Shown here piece after piece: positions 4,015-5,582 of a DNA stretch of 5,582 nucleotides. The position numbers were made by a program, and so were the translations under genes. The stretch is from a virus, in the IMG/VR virus record IMGVR_UViG_3300009507_000007, positions 1 through 5,582 of that record; one strand, 5' to 3'. Under the pieces are notes generated by a model. That model ran no database searches and was not told the origin of the DNA. It was given only the letters and a program-made list of their open reading frames with translations. Each line of letters opens with the position of its first letter. Position 1 is the first letter of the stretch.

Positions 4015-5582
4015 GAATGACTGAACTAATACCAAACAGCCCGATTGCTGTACAGAAATCGCGCCGATCTGCAAAAGGTCGAGTATTGACGTCAGGCGAT
4101 GCAGGAAAAATCCTGCCGTTGAAATACGAATGGCTACACCGTGAAGACGGCGTGCAAAGCGGTAAAATCCGCATGAACGTTGAAATGATGGAAACATCAG
4201 AAATGTTAATGAATGGTGTTGGCGTAACATTGTACGCTCATTTCGTCCCAATGTTAGCATTTGATCGTTTTAACGGATCAATGGACGAATTAAACCGATC
4301 ATATAAAAAAGAAAATGGCGCAGCAGGATCTATAGTACCATTTTTTGAAAGTAATAAGGCTTATTATGAACCTACAGGTAGCGTTTCAAATAATAGTCCG
4401 GGATACGCTCAAATGTATGATACAAATGACGATCACAAGACAAAAACTTTTTATCAAACAATGGGTATTCATACTGAAGCAACATCTTTTAATTCAACAA
4501 TAGTTGAAGCATATAATACAATTGTTAATCATAGACGCAAGGCACGATCAAAATCGTTACCATTAAGAAACGTATTTGATCATAGTTTAGCCGACGCGTT
4601 TTGGATTAATAATGGAATGCAAAATATTGTTCCAGATTATGATCAAAATTTAATTGACGGACAAGTTACACTTGCCGGACTTACATTTCAGGCACCAATT
4701 AAAGCACCTAAATATTTAAGTGATTCAGGTTGGGGTACAGCAACAAATAATGATGCTGTATCAGGAAATGCAATATCACCAGGTATGACTGCTTCAGACG
4801 TAGTAGATCAAGGTGATATGTATTTATTTGATGAAATGTACGCTGAATTAACTACTGGCGGGAACGCAACAATGTCATTAGCTGACATTGAACAAGCACG
4901 TAAAACAGCGGCCTTTGCTAAGTTAAGAGCAAAGTATGATGGTATTGACGACGAACACGTAATTGATTTGCTTATGTCAGGAATTAGAGTTCCTGAAGAG
5001 GCATTAAAGCAACCAATATTATTGGGTCGTCAACGTGCAATGATAGGATTTAACCAACGTTATGCCACAGATGGCGCAAACTTGGATAAGTCAGCAACAA
5101 ATGGTATGGCAACAATTGACATGTCAATTAGAACACCAGCTATGAATACTGGCGGCGTTATAATGATAACTGCCGAAATAGTGCCAGAACAACTTTGGGA
5201 ACGTAAGAAAGATTATTTCTTATATACAACAGATCCAGATACGTTACCAAACTATCTTTCTGATGTATTAGACCCAGAAAAAGTGTCAGTTGTAAAAAAT
5301 GACCACGCTGACGTAAATCACGCAACACCAGATGGAACATTTGGTTATGCACCACTTAACCACCAATGGCAAAGAGATGCGGTAAATGTAGGTGGTAAAT
5401 ATTACCGTCCTGCAAATGACGCATTTGATGAAGACCGTGCAAAAATTTGGACGGCTGAATCAACAAACCCAACGCTAAATGAAGACTTTTATTTATGTTC
5501 AGGTTTGCACAAAAAAGTATTTGCCGATCAAATATCAGACAGTTTTGAAATTACATGTCTTACAGATATGTCGATTGTAGGA
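4011..5582 (+). CDS. Major capsid protein (Microviridae F / VP1-like), 5' portion; runs off the window end and continues at position 124 via the circular junction (555 aa total)
   Basis: AAGGAG (3996..4001) lies 9 nt upstream of ATG 4011. The frame is open to the window end, verified by hand translation. It is the largest gene of the genome. The N-terminal pattern G-K-I-L-P-L ... YAHFVPMLAF parallels the G-x-L-x-P ... F-x-VP-x-R arrangement near the N-terminus of microvirus capsid proteins. It is absent from the ORF track only because it has no in-window stop. Confidence 0.85.
   Translation, partial: MRMTELIPNSPIAVQKSRRSAKGRVLTSGDAGKILPLKYEWLHREDGVQSGKIRMNVEMMETSEMLMNGVGVTLYAHFVPMLAFDRFNGSMDELNRSYKKENGAAGSIVPFFESNKAYYEPTGSVSNNSPGYAQMYDTNDDHKTKTFYQTMGIHTEATSFNSTIVEAYNTIVNHRRKARSKSLPLRNVFDHSLADAFWINNGMQNIVPDYDQNLIDGQVTLAGLTFQAPIKAPKYLSDSGWGTATNNDAVSGNAISPGMTASDVVDQGDMYLFDEMYAELTTGGNATMSLADIEQARKTAAFAKLRAKYDGIDDEHVIDLLMSGIRVPEEALKQPILLGRQRAMIGFNQRYATDGANLDKSATNGMATIDMSIRTPAMNTGGVIMITAEIVPEQLWERKKDYFLYTTDPDTLPNYLSDVLDPEKVSVVKNDHADVNHATPDGTFGYAPLNHQWQRDAVNVGGKYYRPANDAFDEDRAKIWTAESTNPTLNEDFYLCSGLHKKVFADQISDSFEITCLTDMSIVG
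5460..5582. repeat. Terminal redundancy (copy 2), identical to 1..123
   Basis: Same comparison. Position 5460 is a codon start of the capsid ORF and position 1 continues the same frame. Confidence 0.97.

Larger units (their letters stand above)
1..5459 (+). other. One complete unit of a circular Microviridae-like ssDNA phage genome (5459 nt), circularly permuted in this window
   Basis: The exact 123-nt overlap of both window ends implies a circle. The gene set is capsid, HUH Rep and pilot-like protein, all on one strand, with very short or overlapping gene junctions. Size falls in the 4.4-6.5 kb range typical of Microviridae. Confidence 0.85.

Noticed and set aside
171-5355. Other minus-strand track ORFs (171..422, 284..493, 924..1115, 1305..1523, 2794..3018, 3910..4260, 3989..4174, 5158..5355).
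   Set aside because: Each is short (61-116 aa), lies antisense to a well-supported + strand gene or mirrors the small TM ORFs, and has no recognisable motifs or ribosome-binding sites. They are treated as shadow ORFs.
1-5582. Scanned for tRNA or rRNA genes, CRISPR repeats, integrase or transposase genes and att-like sites.
   Set aside because: No cloverleaf-capable segments, no regularly spaced direct repeats, and no ORF with recombinase-like features were found. The genome is fully accounted for by the phage genes and the two non-coding regions.

Overview
The window is one complete, circularly permuted copy of a small ssDNA phage genome of Microviridae type. Positions 1..123 are base-for-base identical to 5460..5582, so the unit length is 5459 nt, and the major capsid ORF reads straight through this junction. 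All credible genes lie on the + strand and are tightly packed. In order they are: major capsid protein (4011..5582, continuing into 1..219), an 11-bp terminator hairpin, a 174-aa protein of unknown function, and a zinc peptidase of M15 type (H-x6-D...H), a likely endolysin. Next comes a hairpin-rich intergenic spacer, then an HUH rolling-circle replication initiator (VTLTY / HWH / YCLKYVLK) with a strongly basic 100-aa ORF overlapping its 3' end. A T-poor stretch and an AT-rich stretch follow, the AT-rich part being non-coding. The final block is translationally coupled. It holds two unlisted small hydrophobic ORFs (59 and 31 aa, just below the ORF-track cutoff), a pilot-like protein, and an unlisted 22-aa extremely basic micro-ORF. 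That micro-ORF is wedged between the pilot stop and the capsid start, the position of phiX174 gene J. The most interesting hypotheses are a holin-plus-endolysin style lysis system in a microvirus, the J-like micro-ORF, an intrinsic terminator inside the 5' part of the peptidase reading frame, and candidate origin and operator structures. No homology search was possible. All functional calls rest on motifs read by eye, gene size and context.
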